DNA of 32,000 nucleotides from Thermodesulfobacterium commune DSM 2178 (lineage in GTDB: Bacteria; Desulfobacterota; Thermodesulfobacteria; Thermodesulfobacteriales; Thermodesulfobacteriaceae), in NCBI RefSeq assembly GCF_000734015.1, contig NZ_CP008796.1:720001-752000 (forward strand), read 5' to 3'. The notes below the pieces were generated by a model. The model saw only the letters and a program-made list of their open reading frames with translations. It had not been told where the DNA came from and searched no databases. How positions within the stretch are numbered: position 1 is the stretch's first letter; each line of letters opens with the position of its first letter. A program made the position numbers and the translations under genes. Shown here piece after piece: positions 1 to 8,180 of the stretch.

Positions 1-1487
1 GAAATAAGATTGAATACATAGATTATCCGGAAAATGTGAAACATAGAGTTTCTACTTTAAGGGAAAACCTTATAGAAACTGCAGCTGAAGGTAAAGACGA
101 ATTAATAGAAAAATATCTGGATACAGGTAGTTTAACTAAGGAAGAAATATTAGAAGGACTAAAATTAGGGTTAGCTAACAATAAAATTGCCTTAATCTTT
201 GCTGGTGCTGCCAAACCAGGCATAGGAGTATCTGTCTTTCTGGAATACTTATATCATTTTGTACCTTCCTATGAGTTAGTAAGAACACGTATAGAAGCAG
301 ACGAAAAATCTTCTGGTTTTATCTTTAAAACCATCATAGATCCCTTCGCTGGCAAACTCTCTTATGGAAGGGTATTTGCTGGTTCTTTCTTCTCAGACAA
401 CACAATCTTTACGTCTAATGGAAAGGAAGAAAAATACACACAAATTTTTGTCCCAAGAGGAGATGGATTACAGCAAGTAAAAGAAGTTAAAGAAGGAGAG
501 GTTATCGTTTTTGCCAAGGTTGACGGTTTATATACAGGGATCACTTTTTCCAAAAATCCTAAGTTTAAACCTATTGCTTTACCAGAACTTCCTTCTCCTA
601 TGATTACTATGGCTATCCATCCAGAAACCAGAGCTGACGAAGATAAAATAAGTGGGGCTTTGGTAAAAATAAAAGAAGAAGACCCCTCTATAATCTTTAC
701 CAGAGATGAAGAAACTAAAGAACTTCTTATCTCCGGGTTAGGAGTATTACACATAGAAAAAACCATAGAAAAATTAAGAGAAAAGTTTGGAGTAAAGGTA
801 AAACTCTCTACCCCTAAGATTCCTTATAGAGAAACCATCAAAAAAGCGGTACATGGAGTTATTTACCGACATAAAAAACAAAGCGGAGGTAGAGGACAGT
901 TCGCTGAGGTACATTTTAATATTTTTCCATTAGAAAGGGGTAAAGGTTTTGAATTTTTAGAAACTCTTACCGGTATGAACGTTCCGAGAAACTATGTTCC
1001 GGCAGTAGAAAAAGGAGTAAGAGAAGCTATGGAAAGAGGTCCTTTAGCAGGATTCCCTGTGGTTGACGTGAAGGTACAATTTTACGACGGAAAGTCTCAT
1101 GAAGTAGACTCTTCTGACCTTGCTTTTAAGATAGCTGCTATACACTGTTTTAGGAAAGGTGTAGAGCAAGCTAACCCTGTACTTTTAGAGCCCTATGTAG
1201 AAATGGAGATATATGTTCCAGATGAAACTGTAGGAGATGTAGTAGGAGACCTAAACTCAAGAAGAGGTAGGGTTTTAGGGATTGAAAAAGATAAAAAGAT
1301 GACTAAAATATCTGCGGTGGTTCCTATGGCAGAGGTTCAAAATTATGTAGTATCTTTGCAAGGGTTTACAGGAGGAAGAGGGTATTTTATCTCCAGATTT
1401 TCTCATTACGAAGAAGCCCCACCTTTTGTGGCAGAAAAGGTGATTGCAGAAAGAAAATCTCAGATGGAGGCTGCTAAAGAAGAATGA
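1..1487 (+). CDS. Elongation factor G family GTPase paralog, 5'-truncated by the window edge (domains II-V present, G domain outside the window)
   Basis: The frame is open from nt 3 (NKIEYIDYPENVKHRVSTLRENLIETAAE...), so the track's GTG at 36 is internal. EF-G-like blocks are present: HKKQSGGRGQFAEV, NYVPAVEKGVREAMERGPLAGFPVVDVKV, GKSHEVDSSDLAFKIAA and LLEPYVEMEIYVPDETVGDVVGDLNSRRG. The stop TGA 1485-1487 overlaps the next ATG (ATGA). Confidence 0.85.
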   Translation, partial: NKIEYIDYPENVKHRVSTLRENLIETAAEGKDELIEKYLDTGSLTKEEILEGLKLGLANNKIALIFAGAAKPGIGVSVFLEYLYHFVPSYELVRTRIEADEKSSGFIFKTIIDPFAGKLSYGRVFAGSFFSDNTIFTSNGKEEKYTQIFVPRGDGLQQVKEVKEGEVIVFAKVDGLYTGITFSKNPKFKPIALPELPSPMITMAIHPETRADEDKISGALVKIKEEDPSIIFTRDEETKELLISGLGVLHIEKTIEKLREKFGVKVKLSTPKIPYRETIKKAVHGVIYRHKKQSGGRGQFAEVHFNIFPLERGKGFEFLETLTGMNVPRNYVPAVEKGVREAMERGPLAGFPVVDVKVQFYDGKSHEVDSSDLAFKIAAIHCFRKGVEQANPVLLEPYVEMEIYVPDETVGDVVGDLNSRRGRVLGIEKDKKMTKISAVVPMAEVQNYVVSLQGFTGGRGYFISRFSHYEEAPPFVAEKVIAERKSQMEAAKEE

Positions 1488-1975
1488 TAAAAGTAGGTAT
1501 CCTTACCCTTAGTGATAAAGGATTTAAAGGGGAAAGAGAAGATAAAACCGGAGAACTTCTTAAAACCTTGGTAGAAAAAGAAGGCTGGCTGGTATCCAAA
1601 TATTTAATCCTACCTGATGAAAAAGAAAAGATAGTAGAAGTGTTAACCTCTTGGGCAGATAAAGAAAAGTTAGACCTTATTGTTACCAACGGAGGAACAG
1701 GGGTTTATCCAAGAGATGTCACCCCTGAAGCTACTAAAGAAATAATAGAAAAAGAAATCCCGGGGATCCCAGAATTTATAAGATATATAAGTTATCCCCT
1801 AACTCCGATGGCAGCCCTGACAAGGGGAATAGCTGGAGTTAGGGGAAAAACCCTTATCATCAACCTCCCTGGTAGCCCAAAAGCGATAAGCGAAATTTTT
1901 CCCAGTTTAATACCTATCATAAAACATGCTGTAGAGAAAATTAAAGGAGACCCAAGTGAGTGTGCCAGAAATTAA
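1484..1975 (+). CDS. mogA: MogA/MoaB-family molybdenum cofactor biosynthesis protein (molybdopterin adenylyltransferase-like)
   Basis: The 163-aa product has family hallmarks: ILTLSDKG near the N-terminus, DLIVTNGGTG, PRDVTPEAT and TLIINLPGSPKA. It is coupled to the upstream gene by an ATGA overlap. Confidence 0.85.
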   Translation: MIKVGILTLSDKGFKGEREDKTGELLKTLVEKEGWLVSKYLILPDEKEKIVEVLTSWADKEKLDLIVTNGGTGVYPRDVTPEATKEIIEKEIPGIPEFIRYISYPLTPMAALTRGIAGVRGKTLIINLPGSPKAISEIFPSLIPIIKHAVEKIKGDPSECARN

Positions 1976-3017
1976 ACTTTCTCAGATGGTCAAGGCTTCA
2001 GGCTGAGCAGCCAAGCTTCCACAAGAGTTTCTTGTGGAAATATTAGAAGGTTTAGAGCTACCCTCTCATCCTAACCTTATTCAAAGTTTTGAACATGGAG
2101 CAGATGCAGGTATATATAAATTAGATGAAGAAAAAGCCTTGGTTTTTACTGCAGACTTTTTTACCCCTGTGGTAGACGACCCTTATACCTTCGGTCAAAT
2201 AGCCGCTGCCAACTCTTTAGCAGATGTATATGTCTGTGGAGCAAAACCTCTTTTGGCTTTAAACCTCATAACTTTTCCTAAGAGAGGGATTCCTAAAGAA
2301 ATCTTAAAAGAAATCTTAAGAGGTGGTTTGTCTAAGATTAAAGAAGCAGGGGCTTTACTGGTAGGTGGACATAGCGTAGACGACCCAGAACCTAAATACG
2401 GGCTTGCAGTGGTAGGTTTGGTTCATCCTAAAAAAATAATAACCAACAGTCAAGCCCAAACAGGTGACCTTCTCTACCTTTCTAAACCCATAGGCACAGG
2501 AATCTTAATAACCGCCTATAAAGGTAAACTGTTTGACGAGAAACATGAGGCTTATCAAAAAATGGTAACTACCATGACTGAACTTAACGACAAAATCTGT
2601 GCTATCATGACAGAGTTAGGTCTTAAAGCTGCTACTGACATCACAGGCTTTGGACTAATCGGACATGCCCTTGAGATGGCAACAGCCAGTAAAAAAGACC
2701 TTATTATTTATGCCAGCAAAGTTCCCTGTTTTGAAGAGGCTAAGGATTTAATTTCTATGGGGATAGTCCCTGAAGGAGACTATCATAACCTTAATTTTTG
2801 CAAAAAATTTATACAAATCCATCCTGAAGTTTCAGAAGACGAATTGATTTTACTATCTGATGCTCAAACCTCTGGAGGAGTCTTGGTAGCTGTTCCACCA
2901 GAAAAAAAAACAAGCTTTGAAACAAAAATAAAAAAAGCTGGTCTTGATAACGTAACTCTCATCGGAGAAGTTCAAGACCCACAAGGTCACTGCCCTACTG
3001 TGAGGATATACCCTTAA
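1956..3017 (+). CDS. selD: Selenophosphate synthetase SelD, selenocysteine-containing form (in-frame UGA at 2004-2006)
   Basis: The track ORF (2034..3017) matches the SelD body (DAGIYKL, FFTPVVDDPYTFGQIAAANSLADVY, GGHSVDDPEPKYGLAVVG, DITGFGLIGH, DAQTSGGVL). The same frame upstream reads (V)SVPEIKLSQMVKASG-TGA-AAKLPQEFLVEIL, which is the SelD N-terminal active-site loop with Sec (U) at the catalytic position. AAAGGAGA at 1943-1950 precedes GTG 1956, and an in-frame TAG at 1932 limits any further extension. GTG 1962 and ATG 1986 are alternative starts. Confidence 0.9.
2017..2039 (+). promoter_or_regulatory. Putative bacterial SECIS hairpin for the selD UGA
   Basis: A perfect 9-bp stem pairs UUCCACAAG (2017-2025) with CUUGUGGAA (2031-2039). 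The 5-nt loop AGUUU contains a GU. The hairpin starts 10 nt after UGA 2004-2006, which is the expected position for a bacterial SECIS. Confidence 0.7.
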
Positions 3018-3062
3018 ATTCATTGTTTTTTTTCAATATATCAACTTAATTTTTATTTATAA

Positions 3063-3076
3063 TTTCTATTTGACTT
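3063..3076 (+). promoter_or_regulatory. Promoter-like element containing TTGACT (-35-like), shared 14-mer TTTCTATTTGACTT
   Basis: It lies about 70 nt upstream of ATG 3144, and the identical 14-mer recurs at 6198-6211 upstream of yedE. The candidate -10 is weak (AAAATT region around 3093-3098). Confidence 0.3.
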
Positions 3077-3143
3077 CACATCTTTTTCATGAAAAATTGA
3101 TTTTAACCTTCAAAAAACTTAAATATTTAAGTAGGAGGAGTTT

Positions 3144-4409
3144 ATGGGAGAAGACTATATCAAAATGTGGGAAAACCTGGGAATAGATTTAGAAAACCAT
3201 GATTGTTTACTTAAGGCATTAGCCGAATTTTATCAACAAATCTATCTTTCTCAAGAAAACCGTCCTGAAGGGATGAAATACTTTGACTTTGTAGTTTCTG
3301 AGGCCCATGGCTTAAGGATAAAAGAACTCCTTGAGGCCAAACAACAAGGGAAAAAAGTAGTGGGGGTCTTTTGTGTATATGTACCTGAAGAGATGATACG
3401 TGCGGTAGACGGAATATGTGTGGGGCTTTGTGCAGGGGCTCAGATAGGTTTTGAGGAGGCAGAAAAAGTTTTACCTAAAAACACCTGTGACCTTATCAAG
3501 GCTTTTATAGGTTTTAAACTTACTCAAGTTTGTCCTTACACAGAAAGCTGTGACCTTTTAATAGGAGAAACAACCTGCGACGGAAAGAAAAAAGCTTATG
3601 AAATCTTAAATAAACTTACTCAAAAAGTCTATGTTATGGAAGTTCCTCATATGAAAACAGAAAGAGGGAGAGAGCTGTTTTTAAAGGAACTTTTTGCCCT
3701 TAAAAACAAGTTAGAAGAGCTAAGTCAGCAAACTATGACTTTAGAGCGTTTTAAAGAGGAAGTCAAGGTTGTAAACGAAAAAAGAAAAGCCTTGATGAGA
3801 CTTGAAAAGTTAAGAAGTTATGACCCAGCTCCTATCTCAGGTCTTGATGCTCTTTTGGTGAATCAGATTGCCTTTTACGACGACCCTGTAAGGTTTACCC
3901 AAAAAGTTAACGAACTTTGCGATGAACTTGAGGAAAGGGTTAAAAAAGGAATAGGTGTTAAACCTAAAGGAACACCAAGAATACTTATTACCGGATGTCC
4001 TTTTGCCTTACCTAACTGGAAACTTCATCACATGATAGAAACAAGCGGTGCTGTTGTGGTAGGTGAAGAGTCTTGTATAGGAAGAAGGTATTATCATAGT
4101 TTAGTGCCTGAAGATTTTAGTAGTATAGAAGAAGGCATCAAACTTTTAGCAGAAAGATACCTAAAAACGCCTTGTGCCTGTTTCACTCCCAATCCAGAAA
4201 GGATTGAAGAAATCCAAAACATGGCTAAAGAATTAAAAGCTCAGGGGATAGTCTATTATTCTATCCAGTTTTGTACCCCCTATCTTTTTGAAGCCTATCA
4301 GGTAGAAAGCGCTGTTGACCTTCCTTTTTTAAAGATAGATACCAATTACAGCACGGAAGATATAGGACAACTTAAAACAAGATGTGAAGCTTTTATAGAA
4401 ACGTTATAA
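3144..4409 (+). CDS. 2-hydroxyacyl-CoA dehydratase / benzoyl-CoA reductase (BcrB/BadE/HgdB) family Fe-S protein, possibly of the double-cubane-cluster type
   Basis: The 421-aa product is preceded by a strong RBS (TAGGAGGAG). It is cysteine-rich (CVYVPEE, ICVGLCAG, NTCDLIKAF, CPYTESCDLLIGETTCDGKKK, ITGCPFALP, ESCIGRR, TPCACF, QFCTPY). It is a single subunit followed by a dedicated activase ATPase. Confidence 0.7.
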   Translation: MGEDYIKMWENLGIDLENHDCLLKALAEFYQQIYLSQENRPEGMKYFDFVVSEAHGLRIKELLEAKQQGKKVVGVFCVYVPEEMIRAVDGICVGLCAGAQIGFEEAEKVLPKNTCDLIKAFIGFKLTQVCPYTESCDLLIGETTCDGKKKAYEILNKLTQKVYVMEVPHMKTERGRELFLKELFALKNKLEELSQQTMTLERFKEEVKVVNEKRKALMRLEKLRSYDPAPISGLDALLVNQIAFYDDPVRFTQKVNELCDELEERVKKGIGVKPKGTPRILITGCPFALPNWKLHHMIETSGAVVVGEESCIGRRYYHSLVPEDFSSIEEGIKLLAERYLKTPCACFTPNPERIEEIQNMAKELKAQGIVYYSIQFCTPYLFEAYQVESAVDLPFLKIDTNYSTEDIGQLKTRCEAFIETL

Positions 4410-4450
4410 CCCTTAAGTGTAAAGAGTCACATCACTAAGTTTAAAAACCT

Positions 4451-5209
4451 ATGAGGATATTAGGACTTGATGTTGGGTCTACTTATATTAAAGTGGCCCT
4501 TTTTGAAAATGAAAGGTTAACCCTTTTAGAAAGAGACAAAACTTCTTACCAACCCTTAGAAAGGTGTCTTCAATATATAAACAAATACCAACCAGATCAG
4601 ATAGTTGCTACTGGATATGGAAGAAACCTTATTAATAATAAACTTCCAAACTGTATCACCCTTTCTGAAATCAAAGCCTTTGCTATGGGAGCCCATTTTA
4701 TCCATCCTAAGGTGAGGACTATCTTAGACATAGGTGGTCAGGACACAAAAGTTATAGGTCTTGATGAAGAAGGTAAGGTAGTTAAGTTTGAAATGAACGA
4801 CCGGTGTTCAGCTGGCACAGGCAGGTTTTTAGAAATAATGTGTAAGGCTTTAGGGTATGAGATAGAAGAATTAAACCAGTTAGACCTCGACGATGAAGTT
4901 AAGGTAAAAATCAGCAGTCTTTGCACCGTTTTTGCTGAATCAGAAGTTATTTCGCTTATAGCCCAGGGAGTTCCCAGAGAAGAAATTTTAAAAAGTGTAC
5001 ATTTTGCGGTAGTTCAAAAGGTAGTCTCTATGTTAAAAAGAACCAATGTTATTGAAGATTTTGTTTTTGCTGGTGGATGTTCTCAAAATCAAATTTTAAA
5101 AAAGTTTTTAGAAAAACAACTAAAAACTAAGGTAATTACCCTTGATGAATCTCCTTTTCTAGGGGCTATAGGAGCAGGAATTTTTGGAATCTCTCAGATT
5201 AAACGTTAG
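4451..5209 (+). CDS. BcrA/BadF/HgdC-type (ASKHA fold) CoA-enzyme activase ATPase
   Basis: ILGLDVGSTYIKVALFE is the phosphate-1 motif, followed by ATGYGR, ILDIGGQDTKVI, FEMNDRCSAGTGRFLE (cluster-ligand Cys region), SLCTVFAESEVISL and FAGGCSQN. Confidence 0.85.
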   Translation: MRILGLDVGSTYIKVALFENERLTLLERDKTSYQPLERCLQYINKYQPDQIVATGYGRNLINNKLPNCITLSEIKAFAMGAHFIHPKVRTILDIGGQDTKVIGLDEEGKVVKFEMNDRCSAGTGRFLEIMCKALGYEIEELNQLDLDDEVKVKISSLCTVFAESEVISLIAQGVPREEILKSVHFAVVQKVVSMLKRTNVIEDFVFAGGCSQNQILKKFLEKQLKTKVITLDESPFLGAIGAGIFGISQIKR

Positions 5210-6104
5210 AAAAACTCTTGATAAAATCTAAAAATTTATGTTCTACTGGTAAAAATTTTGCCATTTTTGGATAAACTACATAAAATTTTCTTTTTATCGT
5301 AAAATTTTTAATTCTTACTACTTTTAAAATTTTTAGAGAAGTTTCAAGTTCTACGGCTAAGGAAGAAACGAAACCAAAACCAAGGCCTGACTTTACTGCT
5401 TCTTTTATCGCCTCTGTAGATCCCATCTCTCCTATGAGGTTAAGCTTAGTGCAATCTATACCTTTTTTATCTAAAGCCTCTAAAAAATTTTTCCAGGTGC
5501 CTGAACCCTCCTCTCGTTTTAACAACGGTATATGATACAATTCTTCTAACTCTATTTCGTCTTTATTAAAATCTGTAGGGCCAATAAGAACTATTTCATC
5601 TTCATAGCAAGGGAAGAACACCAAATCTTTGTTAGTAAAAACAGCTCCTACCATACCAAAATCGATTTCTCTTGCCAAGACCATCTCTATTATTTCTTTG
5701 CTATCTCCTACCTTTAAGAAAACTGAAATGTTCGGATGATTTTCTTTAAAACTTTTTATAAGCTTGGGAAGGATATACTGACCTGGTATGGTGCTACCCC
5801 CTATTTCTATCAACCCTACCTTTTCATCTTTTAGAAGTTTTAATTCTTTTTCCATCTGTTTAAGTATATTCAAAACCTCTTTCCCGTAACGATAGACTAT
5901 TTTCCCAGCTTTACTAGGGACTACCTTTCTGGTATTTCGGTCAAAAAGATTGACCTCTAACTCCTGCTCAAGGTCTTTGATATGAAGAGTAATGGTTGGT
6001 TGAGCAAGATGTAAGGCAGAAGAGGCTTTAGAAAAACTTTGGGTCTCATATACCTTAATAAAAACCTCTAACTTCCTTAAATCCAACATCTCTCCATTCT
6101 TCAA
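5199..6104 (-). CDS. LysR-family transcriptional regulator
   Basis: The N-terminal wHTH reads LRKLEVFIKVYETQSFSKASSALHLAQPTITLHIKDLEQELEVNLFDR, and a C-terminal substrate-binding domain follows. The gene is divergent from yedE and overlaps the activase 3' end by 11 nt. Confidence 0.9.
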   Translation of the reverse strand: MKNGEMLDLRKLEVFIKVYETQSFSKASSALHLAQPTITLHIKDLEQELEVNLFDRNTRKVVPSKAGKIVYRYGKEVLNILKQMEKELKLLKDEKVGLIEIGGSTIPGQYILPKLIKSFKENHPNISVFLKVGDSKEIIEMVLAREIDFGMVGAVFTNKDLVFFPCYEDEIVLIGPTDFNKDEIELEELYHIPLLKREEGSGTWKNFLEALDKKGIDCTKLNLIGEMGSTEAIKEAVKSGLGFGFVSSLAVELETSLKILKVVRIKNFTIKRKFYVVYPKMAKFLPVEHKFLDFIKSFSNV

Positions 6105-6156
6105 ATATTTTTACCTTGAATATACAAAAAACCTACTCAAAGACAAGGGTATCTTT

Positions 6157-6173
6157 TATAGAAAAAAACTATA
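6157..6173. promoter_or_regulatory. Candidate LysR-type binding box (T-N11-A within the palindrome TATAG-N7-CTATA)
   Basis: TATAGAAAAAAACTATA is a perfect 5-bp inverted repeat in the lysR/yedE divergent intergenic region. It lies about 32 nt upstream of the TTGACT at 6205-6210. Confidence 0.4.
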
Positions 6174-6197
6174 AATCATTTTTAAATTGATAGATTT

Positions 6198-6211
6198 TTT
6201 CTATTTGACTT
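6198..6211 (+). promoter_or_regulatory. Putative yedE-operon promoter -35 region (TTGACT 6205-6210), shared 14-mer TTTCTATTTGACTT
   Basis: TTGACT is followed 17 nt later by TATTTT (6228-6233). The core TTTCTATTT repeats again at 6224-6232. The identical 14-mer occurs at 3063-3076. Confidence 0.35.
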
Positions 6212-6276
6212 AAAATTGGATTTTTTCTATTTTTAATACTTAATCAAAAATATACTTATAAACCAAGGAGGAGTGG

Positions 6277-7374
6277 ATGAACGGCATCAGTAATTTTTTA
6301 GCTACCAGGTGGGGCATTATTTTAGTAGGTGCTATCATAGGAATCTTAGCTCCCATTCTTCAAAAACTTGGAAACCCACCTAACATGGGGATTTGTGTTG
6401 CTTGTATGGAAAGGGACATAGCAGGAGCTTTAGGTTTTCATCGAGCAGAGGTAGTCCAGTATATGAGACCAGAAATCATAGGATTTGTTTTAGGGTCTTT
6501 TATAAGTGCTCTTTTGTTTAAAGAGTACCGCCCAAGGGGTGGTTCTGCTCCTTTTATCAGGTTTATTTTAGGGATGTTTGCGATGATCGGTGCTTTAACC
6601 TTCTTGGGTTGTCCCTGGAGAACCGTTCTAAGGCTTGCAGGAGGAGACTTCAACGCTATCTTTGGTTTAGCAGGCTTGATTTTCGGTGTCTTTATAGGAA
6701 CTATCTTCTTCAGGATGGGATACTCTCTTGGCAGGTCTCAAGGATTCCCTTATAAAGCCGCTGGATTAGGTTTTCCCTTTTTGATGTTAGTTTGTTTAGT
6801 TTTACTTTTAATCGATAGTCCTTTACCTGGTACTAACAAAGGGGAGTTTTTGTTTTTTAGTATCAAGGGTCCTGGATCTCAACATGCCCCTATTTTTATC
6901 TCTCTTTTAGCCGGTCTTTTTATAGGGATCCTTGCCCAAAGAAGTAGATTTTGTACTATGGGTGCCTTTAGGGATGTAATCCTTTTTAGGCAATTTCATC
7001 TATTCTTAGGGGTTGCTTCTTTTTTTGTCTCTGCATTAATAACCAACCTTATTTTAGGACAGTTCAATCCAGGTTTTGAAAATCAGCCTATAGCTCATAC
7101 CATGCAGTTATGGAACTTTTTAGGTATGGCTTTAGCAGGGCTTTGTTTTGCCTTAGCAGGTGGTTGTCCTGGAAGACAACTCTTTCTTTCTGGAGAAGGA
7201 GATGGAGATGCTGCTATCTTTGCTACTGGGATGATAGTAGGTGCTGCTGTAGCCCACAATTTTGGTTTAGCAGCCTCTCCTAAAGGAATAGGACCTCATA
7301 CCCCTGAAGCTATCCTTTTGGGCTTTATCGTATGTATAGTCATAGGATTAACCATGAGAGTTAAAAAAGCTTAG
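6277..7374 (+). CDS. yedE: YedE/YeeE-family membrane protein (putative selenium/sulfur-compound transporter)
   Basis: The 365-aa product is polytopic and hydrophobic. It carries the paired conserved Cys motifs of the family (GICVACMERDIAGALG, RFCTMGAFRD, LAGGCPGRQL). An AGGAGG RBS is present, and a TusA-like gene follows immediately. Confidence 0.85.
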   Translation: MNGISNFLATRWGIILVGAIIGILAPILQKLGNPPNMGICVACMERDIAGALGFHRAEVVQYMRPEIIGFVLGSFISALLFKEYRPRGGSAPFIRFILGMFAMIGALTFLGCPWRTVLRLAGGDFNAIFGLAGLIFGVFIGTIFFRMGYSLGRSQGFPYKAAGLGFPFLMLVCLVLLLIDSPLPGTNKGEFLFFSIKGPGSQHAPIFISLLAGLFIGILAQRSRFCTMGAFRDVILFRQFHLFLGVASFFVSALITNLILGQFNPGFENQPIAHTMQLWNFLGMALAGLCFALAGGCPGRQLFLSGEGDGDAAIFATGMIVGAAVAHNFGLAASPKGIGPHTPEAILLGFIVCIVIGLTMRVKKA

Positions 7375-7401
7375 ACAATAAAAATTGCAGGAGGGAGAAA
7401 T

Positions 7402-7617
7402 ATGCCAGAAGTAGTAGATGCAAGAGGACTTTCTTGTCCAGAACCGGTATTACGTACCTTGGAAGCAATCAAAGCTTTAGGACAAGGAGAACTGGAGATA
7501 TGGGTGGATAACCCTACCGCTAAAGAAAATGTCATTAGAGCAGCTAAAACCTCGGGGTGGGAGGTAGTTGAAATAAAAGAACTTCCTGATAGTATTAAGC
7601 TGGTGATTAAAAAATGA
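7402..7617 (+). CDS. yedF: TusA/SirA/YedF-like sulfur(selenium)-carrier protein
   Basis: The 71-aa product carries DARGLSCPEPVL, the canonical CPxP active-site motif near the N-terminus. A GGAGGGAG RBS is present. Confidence 0.85.
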   Translation: MPEVVDARGLSCPEPVLRTLEAIKALGQGELEIWVDNPTAKENVIRAAKTSGWEVVEIKELPDSIKLVIKK

Positions 7618-8180
7618 TGGAATGGCTTAATAAACTTTTACCAACCAAAAGAAACAAAAAAGATAAAACAAACCAAAGTTCTCAAAAGGCTCTTCTTATA
7701 TTTGAAAACACCTCTGAGGTGATCCAAGCTGAAAGGATTTTACAAAAACAAGGTTATAAAGTAAAGGTAGTTGGGCCTCCTCCTGAAGTTAGAAAAGGAT
7801 GTGACCTTGCTATAGAAGTACCAGTAGTTGAAATCCCAGGTATAATAAACCTTCTAAAAACTCAAAAAGTAGAACCTTTAGATTTCGTTTCCTTTTCTGA
7901 AGAAGAAATTTTAAAGCCTGTAGACCTTTTTCACGTAAAAGACTTTGGAGAGTATTTGATGGTAAGGGCTGCTAACATGAAAATAACGGTAGATAAAAGA
8001 ACTCTCACCATCGTTAATGTTTCAGGAGGAGGATGTCCTGATGTCCCATACTTGGCTTCGATTTTGGTTGGATTAAACCTGAAACATTCTTTCCCTCCTA
8101 AGGAAAAAGGACATACCCTCTGTGGATATGCCTTACATTTAGCTTATGAAAAAGCTAAAGAACTGTTATGTTCGGAATAG
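7614..8180 (+). CDS. DUF3343 (putative Se/S carrier-like) domain protein with an uncharacterised Cys-containing C-terminal extension
   Basis: The segment ALLIFENTSEVIQAERILQKQGYKVKVVGPPPEVRKGCDLAIEV fits the DUF3343 pattern of a small alpha/beta domain with a conserved Cys. The C-terminal half carries GGGCPDVPY and TLCGYAL. ATGA overlap with the upstream gene. Confidence 0.55.
   Translation: MMEWLNKLLPTKRNKKDKTNQSSQKALLIFENTSEVIQAERILQKQGYKVKVVGPPPEVRKGCDLAIEVPVVEIPGIINLLKTQKVEPLDFVSFSEEEILKPVDLFHVKDFGEYLMVRAANMKITVDKRTLTIVNVSGGGCPDVPYLASILVGLNLKHSFPPKEKGHTLCGYALHLAYEKAKELLCSE

Noticed and set aside
23-1689. Track ORFs 23..223(-), 362..766(-) and 1474..1689(-), antisense to the EF-G-like and mogA genes
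   Set aside because: They are low-complexity Ser/Leu/Pro-rich shadow frames lying entirely inside well-supported genes on the opposite strand. They have no RBS or recognisable motifs.
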